A DNA stretch of 64,000 nucleotides, taken from contig MU054001.1 of assembly GCA_013239625.1 (NCBI GenBank), positions 4,318,167 through 4,382,166 of the forward strand, written 5' to 3'. The notes below the pieces were generated by a model, which ran no database searches, was not told the DNA's origin, and saw only the letters and a program-made list of their open reading frames with translations. Positions 42,975-54,154 of this stretch are shown in pieces (position 1 is the stretch's first letter; the number at the start of each line of letters is the position of its first letter). Source of the DNA: Lama guanicoe (lineage: Eukaryota). Both the position numbers and the translations under genes were made by a program.

Positions 42975-43472
42975 TGGTGGTTTTAAAAATATGTCCATCA
43001 ATTCTTTGACACTCCTTCCGTCAAGGTGTGGAACTTAATTCCCCTCTCCCGAGTGTGGGTTGGACTTAGTGGCTCACTTGCAACAAAAAGAACATGGCAG
43101 AAGTGATGGCAGAATTGATGGTGTGTTACTTCTGAAAATAGATTATAAAAAGCATCACAGCTTTTTCCTTCTCTGTCTCTTGGAATATTGACTCTGGGGG
43201 AAGCCAGTTGCTGTGTCATGAGGACTGAGGCTTCCTGCCAATAGTCACGTGAATGGGCCACCTTGGAAAAAATTCTCCAGCCCAGTGAAGCCTTCATCTG
43301 ACTGCAGACCCAGACGACACCTTTACTGCAATTTGTGAGATCGGGAGGCAGCACCGCCCAGCTAATAAGCTGCTCCTGAATTCCTGATCCACAGAAACTG
43401 TGAGATATTAAATTTTGTTATTTTAGCCTATTAAATTTGGGGCAATTTGATACACAGTAGAAAAACTAATGC
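42975..43472 (+). mobile_element. MLT1-type solo LTR
   Basis: ATTCTTTGACACTCCTTCC...AATTCCTGATCCACAGAAACTGTGAGAT...AAATTTGGGGCAATTTG. Confidence 0.75.
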
Positions 43473-44008
43473 AGTGCATTTATTTGAAGGGTCTATGATT
43501 TTCATCAGATTCTCAGTATAATTACTGATTCGAAAAAGGTTAAGAATTACTACTGTGAAGCAAGTACAAAATTTCTAAAAATCTTTGGTCCTCATCTTGT
43601 AATTTCTGTGGGTTTATTTTTAATACGAATTTGGGACTAGGTCCAACGGAAATGAGGAGATTCAATTCTCCAAACCACTAGAAGACTCTAAAGAATGTTT
43701 AAAAGTGCTGTCTCAAGAATAGGCCTAGAAAAGCAAACTTCACCCCAAACTATCAAGCCAAGATCTAATAGAACATCTAGTGGAAATCAAGTAATTTTTC
43801 AAGTTCAAAGAGCAAGGTTCACCGGAAAACTAACCACGAATCTAACACGACAGTACATCCTTGAATTACTGTTAAAGGAAAAAGCCAGGTTGCAGAACAT
43901 TATGTTCCTATTGCACAAACAATGTATTCATGTAGGTGCAGGTGGCTGTGTCCAGAAAAGCTCTAGAAGGATACATCTCAATCAGGGTTTTCATGCTGCT
44001 AGCTAGAA

Positions 44009-44042
<34 letters not shown>

Positions 44043-45153
44043 CATGGCTTTCAAAAATACAGTTTATTATAAAGTTGTAGGGTAGCTCACAAAATCAATG
44101 AGAGGGCGGGAGGATCAGGTTCTGAAAGGAAATGCAGGCACAGGGCAGCAGGGACCTGGTGCAGCCATAGGAACTGTCTAATGAGAAGCTGCCCCCCAAA
44201 AGAGGACACCAGTGTGACCACAGGCCTCTTGTTCCACCATGAACATCTCAATAACCCTTGACTTTGTGTTGACTCCACAATCCAAGTCCTGGGGCAGAAT
44301 CATCCAAAGGACCAAGAATTTCTTTGGTAGCAGACAATCCGTCAGTGTCACAGTCTCCTTGAAATTGAAATAAATGCTTAGAAAGGCATCTAAGCAGTAA
44401 CAAGACAGAGACAATGACAGATTTTATTTTGAAGGGGACAATATATGGACTAGCTACATATGATGAATCTGTGTAAAAATAAAAAGGCAAGGAGAGGGAG
44501 TGCTGTGCTCCTCAAAAAGGATGGTTTAAACTAGGACAACTTTTTTGTTGCTGAAAACAAAGAATTTCTGAATACGGAGAAGAGAGAGCTAAAATTGCTC
44601 ATGTCCAATATATAAGTTAAATCAGGCATATCTCGTTTTACTGCGCTTCACAGATAACGGCGCTTTTTACAAATTGAAGGTTCATGGCAACCCTGTGTAG
44701 AGAAAGTCTATTGGTGCCATTTTTCCAACAGCATCTGCTCACTTCATGTCTGTGTCACATTTTGGTAACTCTCACAATATTTCAAACTTTTTCATTATTA
44801 TTATATTTATTATGGTGATCTGTGATCAGTGATCGTTGGTCTTTACTATTGTAACTGTTTTGGGGAACCACAAACCACACGTATAGAAGATGGTGAACTT
44901 AACTGATAAAGTTGTGTGTGTTCTGACAGCTCCACCAGCAGGCTGTTCTGTTCATCTCTTCTCCTCGGGCCCCCCTGTTCCCTAAGACACAATGATATTG
45001 GCATTAAGCCCAATAATATCCCTTCAATGACCTCTATGTGTTCGAGTGAAAGGAAGAGTCGCACGTTCTCACTGTAAGTCGAAAGCTAGAAATGATTAAG
45101 CTCAGCAAGGAAGGCACGTCGAAAGTCAAGGCTGGTCAAAAACTCGGCCTCTT

Positions 45154-46190
45154 GCCGGAACTCCTGGATAGTGGCAAGATTGAGATTTATGCCTTGACAG
45201 GTGGACAGACCAACAAGGCACTAACTGTGTGTATCAGCTAACTGTCCAGCTTCTTGATGCCAACCAGGCCATCCTCGACCATTTCTCTCCTAAACCTTAT
45301 CCCATCCAGCAGTGTAGAAACAATGTCATCTTTGAGGTGAGCCATGTGTTCTCCAACCTCAAGACGAGCTTTGTGTCTTCTTAAACACTGGATCTGGGAC
45401 ATGGAGCTCTGCTCCGAACATTAGGCAATCTATCTACCCAACTCCAGGGTGTTCGTGCAGGTCTGTCTGTCCTAGTGAAAGGGCTATCCTTGCAAAACAA
45501 CCTGACTGTGCCTTCCAGGAGCTGAGACCGTTGGCTGGAACATCTTGTTAATCAAGGGCTTGTAGCTCCCTGGCATCCTGGAGTGTCCTGAGTCCAGCTG
45601 AGGGTCCTACTGGGCCCTGCCTTCAGGTTCTGGAAGCCACCAGAAGTGAGTTCCTACATCCAGTTTTACCTGCTGCTGCTGTTCTGTTCTAAGGTGCCCT
45701 TATTCTTCTGAGTGGAGACCCCAGGGAAATGTTGGAACAGGAGAGGACTCCTCACCCCCTCTTGGAGGTCCCTCTGGTTCAGCCCCAATCCCCTCTGCTC
45801 TTGTCTCCTCTGTTTCTGCTCAAGAGGCTTTATCGGTGCATTCCAGGAAGACTTCTCCTCACCTCTGACTGGAACCTCACATCCCTATGGCTGAGAGAAT
45901 TCCAGCCCCATTGGCTGGTGAACTTAACCTCCTGAGGTTTCAGACTGGGACCAGGACTCACAGTCGAAAGTCAACTACGTCAAAACAAGTTTGGAGACAG
46001 ACATTTCTGCCCACTCTGTGAAAAATGAAGTGGTCCCCTAAGCCTAACTGTACCACAAATGTTATGCTGTGTATAATTCATTTTGTTATTTTGAAATTCT
46101 TTTAAAACTTGGAGAGAATAAGTCAGCAATCTGTCTGCCAATCATATGCAATAAATGTATTATTTTGCCAAAAACAAACAAACAGACAAA
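45154..46190 (+). pseudogene. 5'-truncated processed pseudogene of an FBXO27-like (FBA sugar-binding domain F-box) gene
   Basis: Piecewise translation gives PELLDSGKIEIYA/DRWTDQQGTNCVYQLTVQLLDANQAILDHFSPKPYPIQQCRNNVIFEVSHVFSNLKTSFVS/HWIWDMELCSEH*AIYLPNSRVFVQVCLS* (terminal TAG 45473-45475), which aligns with the FBXO27 C-terminus. It has two frameshifts and a premature TAG (45422), about 700 bp of 3' UTR, AATAAA at 46150-46155, an A-rich tail from 46170, and 16-bp TSDs at 45138-45153 and 46191-46206. Confidence 0.88.
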
Positions 46191-46803
46191 AAAACCTCAG
46201 CCTCTTTCATCAAACAGTTAGCTACGTTGTGAATGCAAAGGGAATGTGCTTGAAGGAAATTAAAAGTGCTGCTCCAGTGAACACATGACTGATAAGAAAG
46301 TAAAACAGCCTTGTGACTGACATGGAGAAAGTCTGAATGGTCTGGAGAGATGATCAAACCAGCCACAATGTTCCCTTAAACCAAAACCTAATTCAGAGTC
46401 AGGCCCTAACTCTCTTCAATTCTGTGAAGACTCAGAGGTGAGGATGCTGTAGAAGAAAAGTCTGAAGCTGGCAGAAGTTGGTTCATGAGGTTTAAAGAAA
46501 GAAGCCATCTCCATAACATAAAAGTGCAAAGTGAAGCAGCCAGTGCTGATGTAGAAGCTGCAGCAAGTTAACCAGAAGATCTAGCTGAGGTCATTAATGA
46601 AGGTGGTTACACTAAACAGCAGGTTTTCAATGTAGACAAAACAGCCTTACACTGAAAGAAGATGCCCTCTAGGACTTTCATAGCTAGAGTGGAGAAGTCA
46701 GTGCCTGGCTTCAGAGCTTCAAAGGACAGACTGATTCTCTTGTTAGGGGCTAATGCTCATTCGCCATTCCAAAACTCCTAGGACCTTTAAGAATTATGCT
46801 AAA

Positions 46804-46892
46804 ACCCAATACATGTATGTATACTGTGGGACATTGTGCTGTACACATGAAATTGACACATTGTAACTGACTTTACTTCAATTAAAAAAAAA
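46804..46892 (+). mobile_element. Short young L1 3' end inserted in Tigger1
   Basis: TGTGCTGTACAC...AAATTGACACATTGTAACTGAC...CTTCAATTA(n); TSD AAGAATTATGCTAAA (46789-46803) / AAGAATCATCCTAAA (46893-46907). Confidence 0.8.
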
Positions 46893-48969
46893 AAGAATCA
46901 TCCTAAATCTACTTGTGCTCTGTAAATGGAACAACAAAACCTAGATGAGAGCACATCTGTTTACAACATGTTTTACTGAATATTTTAAGCCCACTGTTGA
47001 GACCTACTGCTCAGAAAAAGATTCCTTTCAAAATACTACTGCTCATTGACAACATACCTGGTCACGCAAGAGCTCTGGCGGACACGTACAGTGAAATTAA
47101 TGTTGCTTTCATGCCTGCTAACACAACATCTATTCTGCAGACCATGGATAAAGGGGTCATTTTCACTTTTTAAGTCTTATTATGTAAGAAATACATTTCA
47201 TAAGGCTTAGCTGCCACAGATAGTGATTCCTCTGATGGATCTGGGCAAAATAAATTGAAAACCTTCTGGAAAGGGTTCACCACTCTAGATGCCACTAAAA
47301 ACACCCACGATTCGTGGGAAGAGGTCAAAATATCAACACTAACAGGAGTCTGGAAGAAGTTGACTCCAACTCTAATGGATGACTCGGAAGGGTTCAAGAC
47401 TTCAGTAGAGGAAGTCATGCAGATGTAGTGGAAATAGCAGGAGAGCTAGAATTAGAAGTGGAGCCTGAAAAATGGGACTGAATGGCTGCAATCTCATGAT
47501 AAAACTTTAACGCATGACGAGTTGCTTCTTCTGGGTGAATGAACAAAACCTTAGTTGATAAAGCAGCAGCAGGATTTGAGAGGATTGACTCCAATTCTGA
47601 GAGAAGTTCTGTGGGTAAAATGCTATCAAACAGTTTTGCATGCTACAAAGAACTTGTTTGTGAAAGGAAGAGTCAATCGATGCTTCATTGGTGACTTATT
47701 TTAAGAAACAGCCACAGCCATCGCAACCTTTAGCAACCACCACCACCACTGGTCAGTAGCCACCAACATCGAGGGAGGACCCTCCACTAGGAAAAAGATT
47801 ATAACTCACTGAAGGCTCAGATGATGGTTAGCATCTTTTAGCAATAAAGTATTTTAAAAATTAAGGTATGTACATTTTTTAAACATAATGCTATTGCACA
47901 CTTAAGACTACAGTACAGTATTAATATAACTTTTATATGCACTGGGAAACAAAAAATTCGTGTCTCACTTTATTGAGATATTTGATTTAATGCAGTTGTC
48001 TGGAGCCAAATGGGCAATATCTCCAAGGTATGCCTGTACAATCAAGTATTGGTCCATGCAATTTCAAAAAGGCAGGAAGCAAGACTACAACAGAACTGGC
48101 TGAACAGGAATGCTGAAGAGAGAAAAACTTTTCCCTATCTTGGTAACTCAAAGGTATTTTTTTTAAAGACTAGATGAAAGCAAAAGACAAAACTGCAGAC
48201 AAAGAAATGTGATTAAATGAAGAATATTTCAAAATCAATTCTATTTTGAAATAAAATGTGTTTCCATCGTAAAGGCAGAAAAAAAAAAGTAAAGCAGTGA
48301 TTTTTATTTCCTTGGGTAAACATGCCATGGCAGCTTGAACACTTCAAAAATATCTTCTAAAACAAAGGCTCTCACATAAGCTCATAATTCAACACTTTAA
48401 AAAGTGTGTATCTTGAATGGACTGTTCTGGATGATTTACAAATAAAAGTATTTTAAAGCAGAGTTTTTTTCCTGCAGGAAACAAACTATAGTTTTTATTT
48501 TACTGTGCCATGAATAATATTCATACTCTGCCTGGGCTATTATGTAAACAGAGCTGTAGAGTATATTTAATCTTTCCCCATCTTCCCTGCTGTTCGAGTA
48601 GCAAAATTAAACGGCAGCAATACAGATTATTCATGACTCAGGGCCTAAAAAATTGGGGGGATGGCACATTTCCAATGTAATAATTCACCCTCCACTGTTC
48701 CGTATGATGATTCTGCACTCAACAACTGCAGCAAGCTTGCTAATAAAACAGAAAATCACCAACATTTATTTCTTCAACAAATGTTTATCAAGAGCATACT
48801 ATGTGCTGGGCCCTGTGCTGGATCTTTTGCATAATGTTTATAGGTTGGAAAGGGTGGGAAAGATGACAAAAGTTGGAAATTTTATTCTCCTTGAAAATAA
48901 TTATATTCTATAAATATTTGAAGCAGGGAGAAAGCTGAAGCTTTTCTTCATTGGAAGAATTTGTCTCTC

Positions 48970-49750
48970 AAAATCACAATGAGATATCACCTCCCACCTG
49001 TTAGAGCAGCTATTATCCAAAAGTCAAGAGGTAAGTGTTGATAAGCATGTGGAGAAAAGAGAACCCTCAAACACTGTTAGTAGGAGTGTAAATGGATGCA
49101 GCCACTGTGGAAAACAGTATGGAAGCTCCTCAAAAAAAACCAAAAAACAAAAAGAACCACCAAATGATCCTGCAATTCCACCTCTGGTATTTATCTGAAG
49201 GGAATGAAATCACTGTCTCAAAAAGAGATTTGCACGTGTTTATTGCAGCATTATTCACAGTAGCCAAGACATGGAAACAACCTAAATGTCCATCAATGGT
49301 TGTATGGATAAAGAAAATGTAGTGTACATACACAGTGGAATGTTATGCAGCCATAAAAAAGGAAATCTTGCCATTTGCGACGTGGATGGATCCTGAGCAC
49401 ATTATGCTAAGCGAAATAAATCAGAGAAAAACAAATGCTGTATGATCTCATTTATATGTGGAATCCAAACAAAACAAAACCAAACCTCAACTCACAGACA
49501 GAGAGGATAGATTGTTAGTTGCCAGAGGCAGGGGTCAGGGTGGGATGATGGAGGGTGAGTGAAATGGGTGAAGGTCATCAAAAGGTTCAAACTTCCAGTT
49601 ATAAATTACTGGACAGTTAACAGCATGGTGGCTACAGCTAGCAATATTACAGTATTATGTATTTGAAAGTTGCTAAGAGAGTAGATTCTAAAGGTTCTTA
49701 TCACCAGGGGAAAAAATGTAACTATGTGAGGTGATGGATGTTAACTAAAG
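48970..49750 (+). mobile_element. L1MA-like 3' end
   Basis: GAGATATCACCTCCCACCTGTTAG, FIAALFTVAKTWKQPKCPS and TTGAAAGTTGCTAAGAGAGTAGAT. Confidence 0.85.
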
Positions 49751-50069
49751 TAAAAAGTTAAGTCCTATTCTGAATATTGGGCCTTTTAACAGGTGCACTG
49801 AGATCAATGGTGGGGAAGTTTTCCAATCTCCAACAATGGATTCTCTGATCAGGCAAATGGACAGAAAACGGACCTGACCCAGATCCAGGAGCCTCGCTCA
49901 GACAACGATGTGCACTGAAACTGCCTCCCTCTGCTCCAGCTGTCACCCTATTACTTCAAGGACATTGAGAGTAATGCTGGAGATTCCTGCTTTAAGTCTT
50001 GTTTTTAATATATCCATTAGGAAGCCAACACCCAGGAATAGGGTTATCTGACATTTTAAAGAAGATTTT

Positions 50070-50104
50070 GTAAGACACAAAGCTTTCAATTAAAGTTATT
50101 TATT
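50070..50104 (-). terminator. Probable HEATR3 polyadenylation signal (3' UTR about 50080-50760)
   Basis: Minus-strand AATAAA at 50104-50099, followed about 15-25 nt later by a GU-rich TTTGTGTCTT element. Confidence 0.6.
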
Positions 50105-50760
50105 AAAAAACATCTTCTTCCAATCCCGATTCCATATCAAATTAAACAAGGCGTGATGTTACACTGCAATAACCAATCAGATTCATTTGTACAGGGGGTG
50201 ACAACGTCCTCATTAACTCATCAGTATATTCTCCTAAATAGCAGAATGTGAGTCCAACTCATTCCCCCTTCACAAAAGGTAGGCATACTTGATACACTTC
50301 ATACTCCCCAAATTTTTTTTATAAAGCTTGTCTTCATATTTCAGCTAAATATCATTCATCTAATATAAAATGATACTGGCTTAAAAGAGCATCTAAGTAA
50401 TGCTTCGGATTTTTCTTTTTTTTTTTCCCCAAAATTCAAGGAAAACATGATTGGAAGCGTGTTCACTGTTCATGAAGAACCACCTGAGATTCCCTTGTGT
50501 TTCCACTCGTCCACTCTTCATGTTTTCCAGTGATTAAAACATGCTGGAAACATTTTTGAGAGCGCTGGAAATGCCAGGCTGATCTCAGAGCTTAAAAAAA
50601 GAGTCTCTGAGAGGTCTTGGAATTTTTACAAACTTCAAATTAACATACAGAACACAGGCATTAAAAAAATGACTTTCAGGAGTGCATACACCGAGAGGAA
50701 ATCCTTTAGTATTCTTCAGCTTTGAACACTTTGGGGCGAGAACTGGTGTCTTTCAATGGG

Positions 50761-50883
50761 TCAAGTAGTCAGTCTTTTCTCAACAGTTTCCTGATAAGCG
50801 ACAAACCTTCTCAAATTCATCTTCACGTTGTCGAGAACACACAGCTGATCTGGGCTGTATTTAGCTCTGCCTTCTTTTCGTAT
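50761..50883 (-). CDS. HEATR3: HEATR3 last coding exon with stop codon
   Basis: 123 bp after GGGTAG; encodes [40 protein letters not shown] then TGA, matching the HEATR3 C-terminus as I recall it, in frame with the previous exon. Confidence 0.93.
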   Translation of the reverse strand: MRKEGRAKYSPDQLCVLDNVKMNLRRFVAYQETVEKRLTT

Positions 50884-51171
50884 CTACCCTCCCCCCACAA
50901 AAAAATCATATGTGACTTGGTATATATTACTAATTCCTTTAAATAAGAAAAGCATTCAATTTTGGATGTATTTACTTTCCGAACAAATAGCTGCCAGCAC
51001 TTGGTGAAACATCTTTCACTCCCAAGGTAATGGAATGGAGTGCATGAGCCGTAATAAAGGTAAATTAGGATTGTGCACCTTTTAAATGATGGTTACACGA
51101 ACAGTTGAATTGTAGACTTTAAAATAATGAGGTTTATGGTATGTGAACTACACCTCACCTCTAGTCTAGAG

Positions 51172-51357
51172 CAATGGTTTTCAAATTTTAGCATACAACA
51201 GTATCACCTGGAAGGTTTGTTAAAAAATGGATTGGGGGGCTGTCCACAGAGTTTCTGATTTTCAGTAGGTCTGGAGCTGGGCCTGAGAATTTGCATTTGT
51301 AACAAGTTACCAGGTGATGCTGGTGTTGCTGATACGGGACATCTCTGAGAATGGCTG
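51172..51357. mobile_element. MER5A (hAT-Charlie) element in the last HEATR3 intron
   Basis: CAATGGTTTTCAAA...CCTGAGAATTTGCATTT...AGGTGATGCTG; 8-bp TSD GTCTAGAG / CTCTAGAG. Confidence 0.85.
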
Positions 51358-52104
51358 CTCTAGAGAAGATTTTTTTAGTAAAATGCATTGTGTTGTGGTT
51401 AAATGCAATTTAGGACCAAATATATACTGAACAGCCTTTAATGCAACTGTGGCTTCATTCACAAAGGAGCTTCATATAAAAAAAAGAAACTACATGCTGC
51501 CATTCTGGCTAACAAAAAAATTTTATCAGGGCTTTATAGCTTTGAGAAAAGAAAAATGTTTAAATTAAATGTCATTACCATCGAATGCATATTAGGTAGG
51601 AAAATCAATCAGAACAACAGAGCTTCCAGAGGCCAGGGCTCATTTTCCTGGTTCACAGTTTGCATAACTACTCTCTAAGCATTTGCTTCCGCAGAGTTTG
51701 ATACTCTTAACTGACTACATCTACCTTCCTGGCAGCCGCAGGGAAAGAGGGGACATCTCCTTCCCTTGCAGATTCCCTTTTTCAGAAGTTTAAAGGGCCT
51801 GTGACCCTTAAAAACAATGTAGACACCCTCCATGCACCGGTATGGATATGTCTCTAGGAGACAGTGTTAAATAAAAGCACATCAAGTGCAGGACCATATA
51901 TGATGATGCCTTTTGGATAATAAAGGGGGAGAATCCTAATGAAAATACTAACGTACATCTGTCTTTGCTTCGAGAAACACCATCCAGTTGTGAGGCAGGG
52001 AACCAGTGGGAATAAACCTCTCACTGCTTAAAAAACAAATACCAGAGGAAGCGGGGGGATGGGTGAAATGGGTGAAGGTGGTCAAGAGGTACACACTTCT
52101 AATT

Positions 52105-52295
52105 ACAGTGCATCCTTGAACAATGCAGGGGTTGGTAGTGCCAACCCCCCACCCTCAGTTGAAAATCTGAGTATAACTCTAATGGCCAAGGATTCAACCG
52201 AGGATCATGTAGTACCGTAGTATTTACTACAGAAGAACATCTGCATATTTAAGTGGATACGCCCAATTTAACCTGTGTTGTTCAAGGATCAACTG
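52105..52295. mobile_element. Tigger-family MITE (MER8-like) inserted in an L1 3' end
   Basis: TA-CAGTGCATCCTTGAACAA...TTGTTCAAGGATCAACTG-TA inverted termini. Confidence 0.75.
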
Positions 52296-52618
52296 TATAA
52301 GAGAAGTAAGTCTCGGGGTTTAAAGCACAGCACGGTGACTACAGTTAACAACACTGGGTAGATCTTTAAAGTTTTCACTACAAGGGAAAAAAAGTCTGTA
52401 ACGATGTGTGGTGATGAATGTTAACTACACTTATGGTGGTGATCTTTTTTGCGACATATACATGTATCAAATCATTACCTTGTACTGTACACCTAAAATT
52501 AACACGTCATATGTCAATTATATCTCAAAAAAAAAAAAGAAAGAAAAGAAAAAGCAACAAAACCCAGGCAAACAAACAAAACTACAGACTTAAAGCATGA
52601 TTAACAGTAAACTAGTCA

Positions 52619-52791
52619 CAAAGGAAACTATATTCAGTACCTTGTAGTAACTTACAGTGAAAAAGGATATGAAAACGAATATATGTATGTTTGGGTACGA
52701 CTGAAGCATTGTGCTGTACACCAGAAACTGACACAATATTACAAACTGACTATACTTCAAGAAAAAATACATATCAAAGAAAAAAAAAAAG
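52619..52791 (+). mobile_element. Young lineage-specific L1 3' end
   Basis: Same family as 15631-15804; TSD AGTAAACTAGTCA (52606-52618) / AGTAAACTGGTCA (52792-52804). Confidence 0.82.
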
Positions 52792-53746
52792 AGTAAACTG
52801 GTCAAGTTTTTCCCCTCAAGACTAACATCACCTATTGGTAAAGCTTAACTCAATAAATGTCAGTCACTCTCACTATATTTTTGAATGTAAGATGCCAAAA
52901 CATGACAATATTAAAAACAAATCAATTATTAATGTTCTAAACCAACATTGATGTAACTACAACACAATGTGCCTGGCATGTGTTGCTATTTTTTCCTTCT
53001 GGAGAAGAAAACTATTTATAAAAAATTTTTTTAGAAAACTGTTTTTTATGCCTTAAAAGAATTCAGAAAGTTTAAATTTCTAGACATACAATCATATTCA
53101 TCTAAAAACTTATCATAGGATTCTGTCCATGGGAATTAAATTTTGCATTAGAAGTTTGTTAGAGAAAAGAAATACATATTGGAAAACAACAAAAGTAAGC
53201 TAATTTTTCATTAAAACTTCTATTCGCTTGACAAAGATTTAAAAGCAAAAGTTAACTTAAAATGTAAAAGCCAAAAACACAAATATTTTTATTTCTCAAA
53301 AGAAAACGAAATGGAGATTTTATAAGAGGAGAATGGTAAACTTTAATTTATGGACATGAAACTCAAAGCTGCTTTTTAAATTTGATTGCTTCCCCCAACC
53401 ACTGTAATAGTTCTTGAAAATTATTTTTTGACTCAAAGTTAGCACGATGCTTCTGATGAAACAATAAATAAATCCATCCATCCATAAATAAATGGGCAAA
53501 TGAAGGTAGCTGCATTCTCCGTTACAGACCAGCCTGTAGTTTGCTGGCCTTTTTTCCCAAAGCAAAGGGAAATATTCAAAACAATGAAATCAGCCATTTA
53601 TAATGCATTACATGATATAAAATAAATTTAACGTGTCTATGAAAGTGCTTTGCAGGCTAGAGTGCAGTGCTTACACGTAAGCGTTGTGAACATTACTAAC
53701 CCGCTGCAGAGAGAGGAACTTGTGGACACCATTTTGGCTCAAGTCA

Positions 53747-54154
<408 letters not shown>

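Larger units (their letters stand above)
44623..48036 (+). mobile_element. Tigger1 (TcMar-Tigger) DNA transposon, near full-length, decayed, with nested insertions
   Basis: Starts CAGGCATATCTCGTTTTA and ends CCAAGGTATGCCTG followed by TA (terminal inverted repeats). The internal sequence resembles Tigger1 transposase with stops. Confidence 0.9.
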
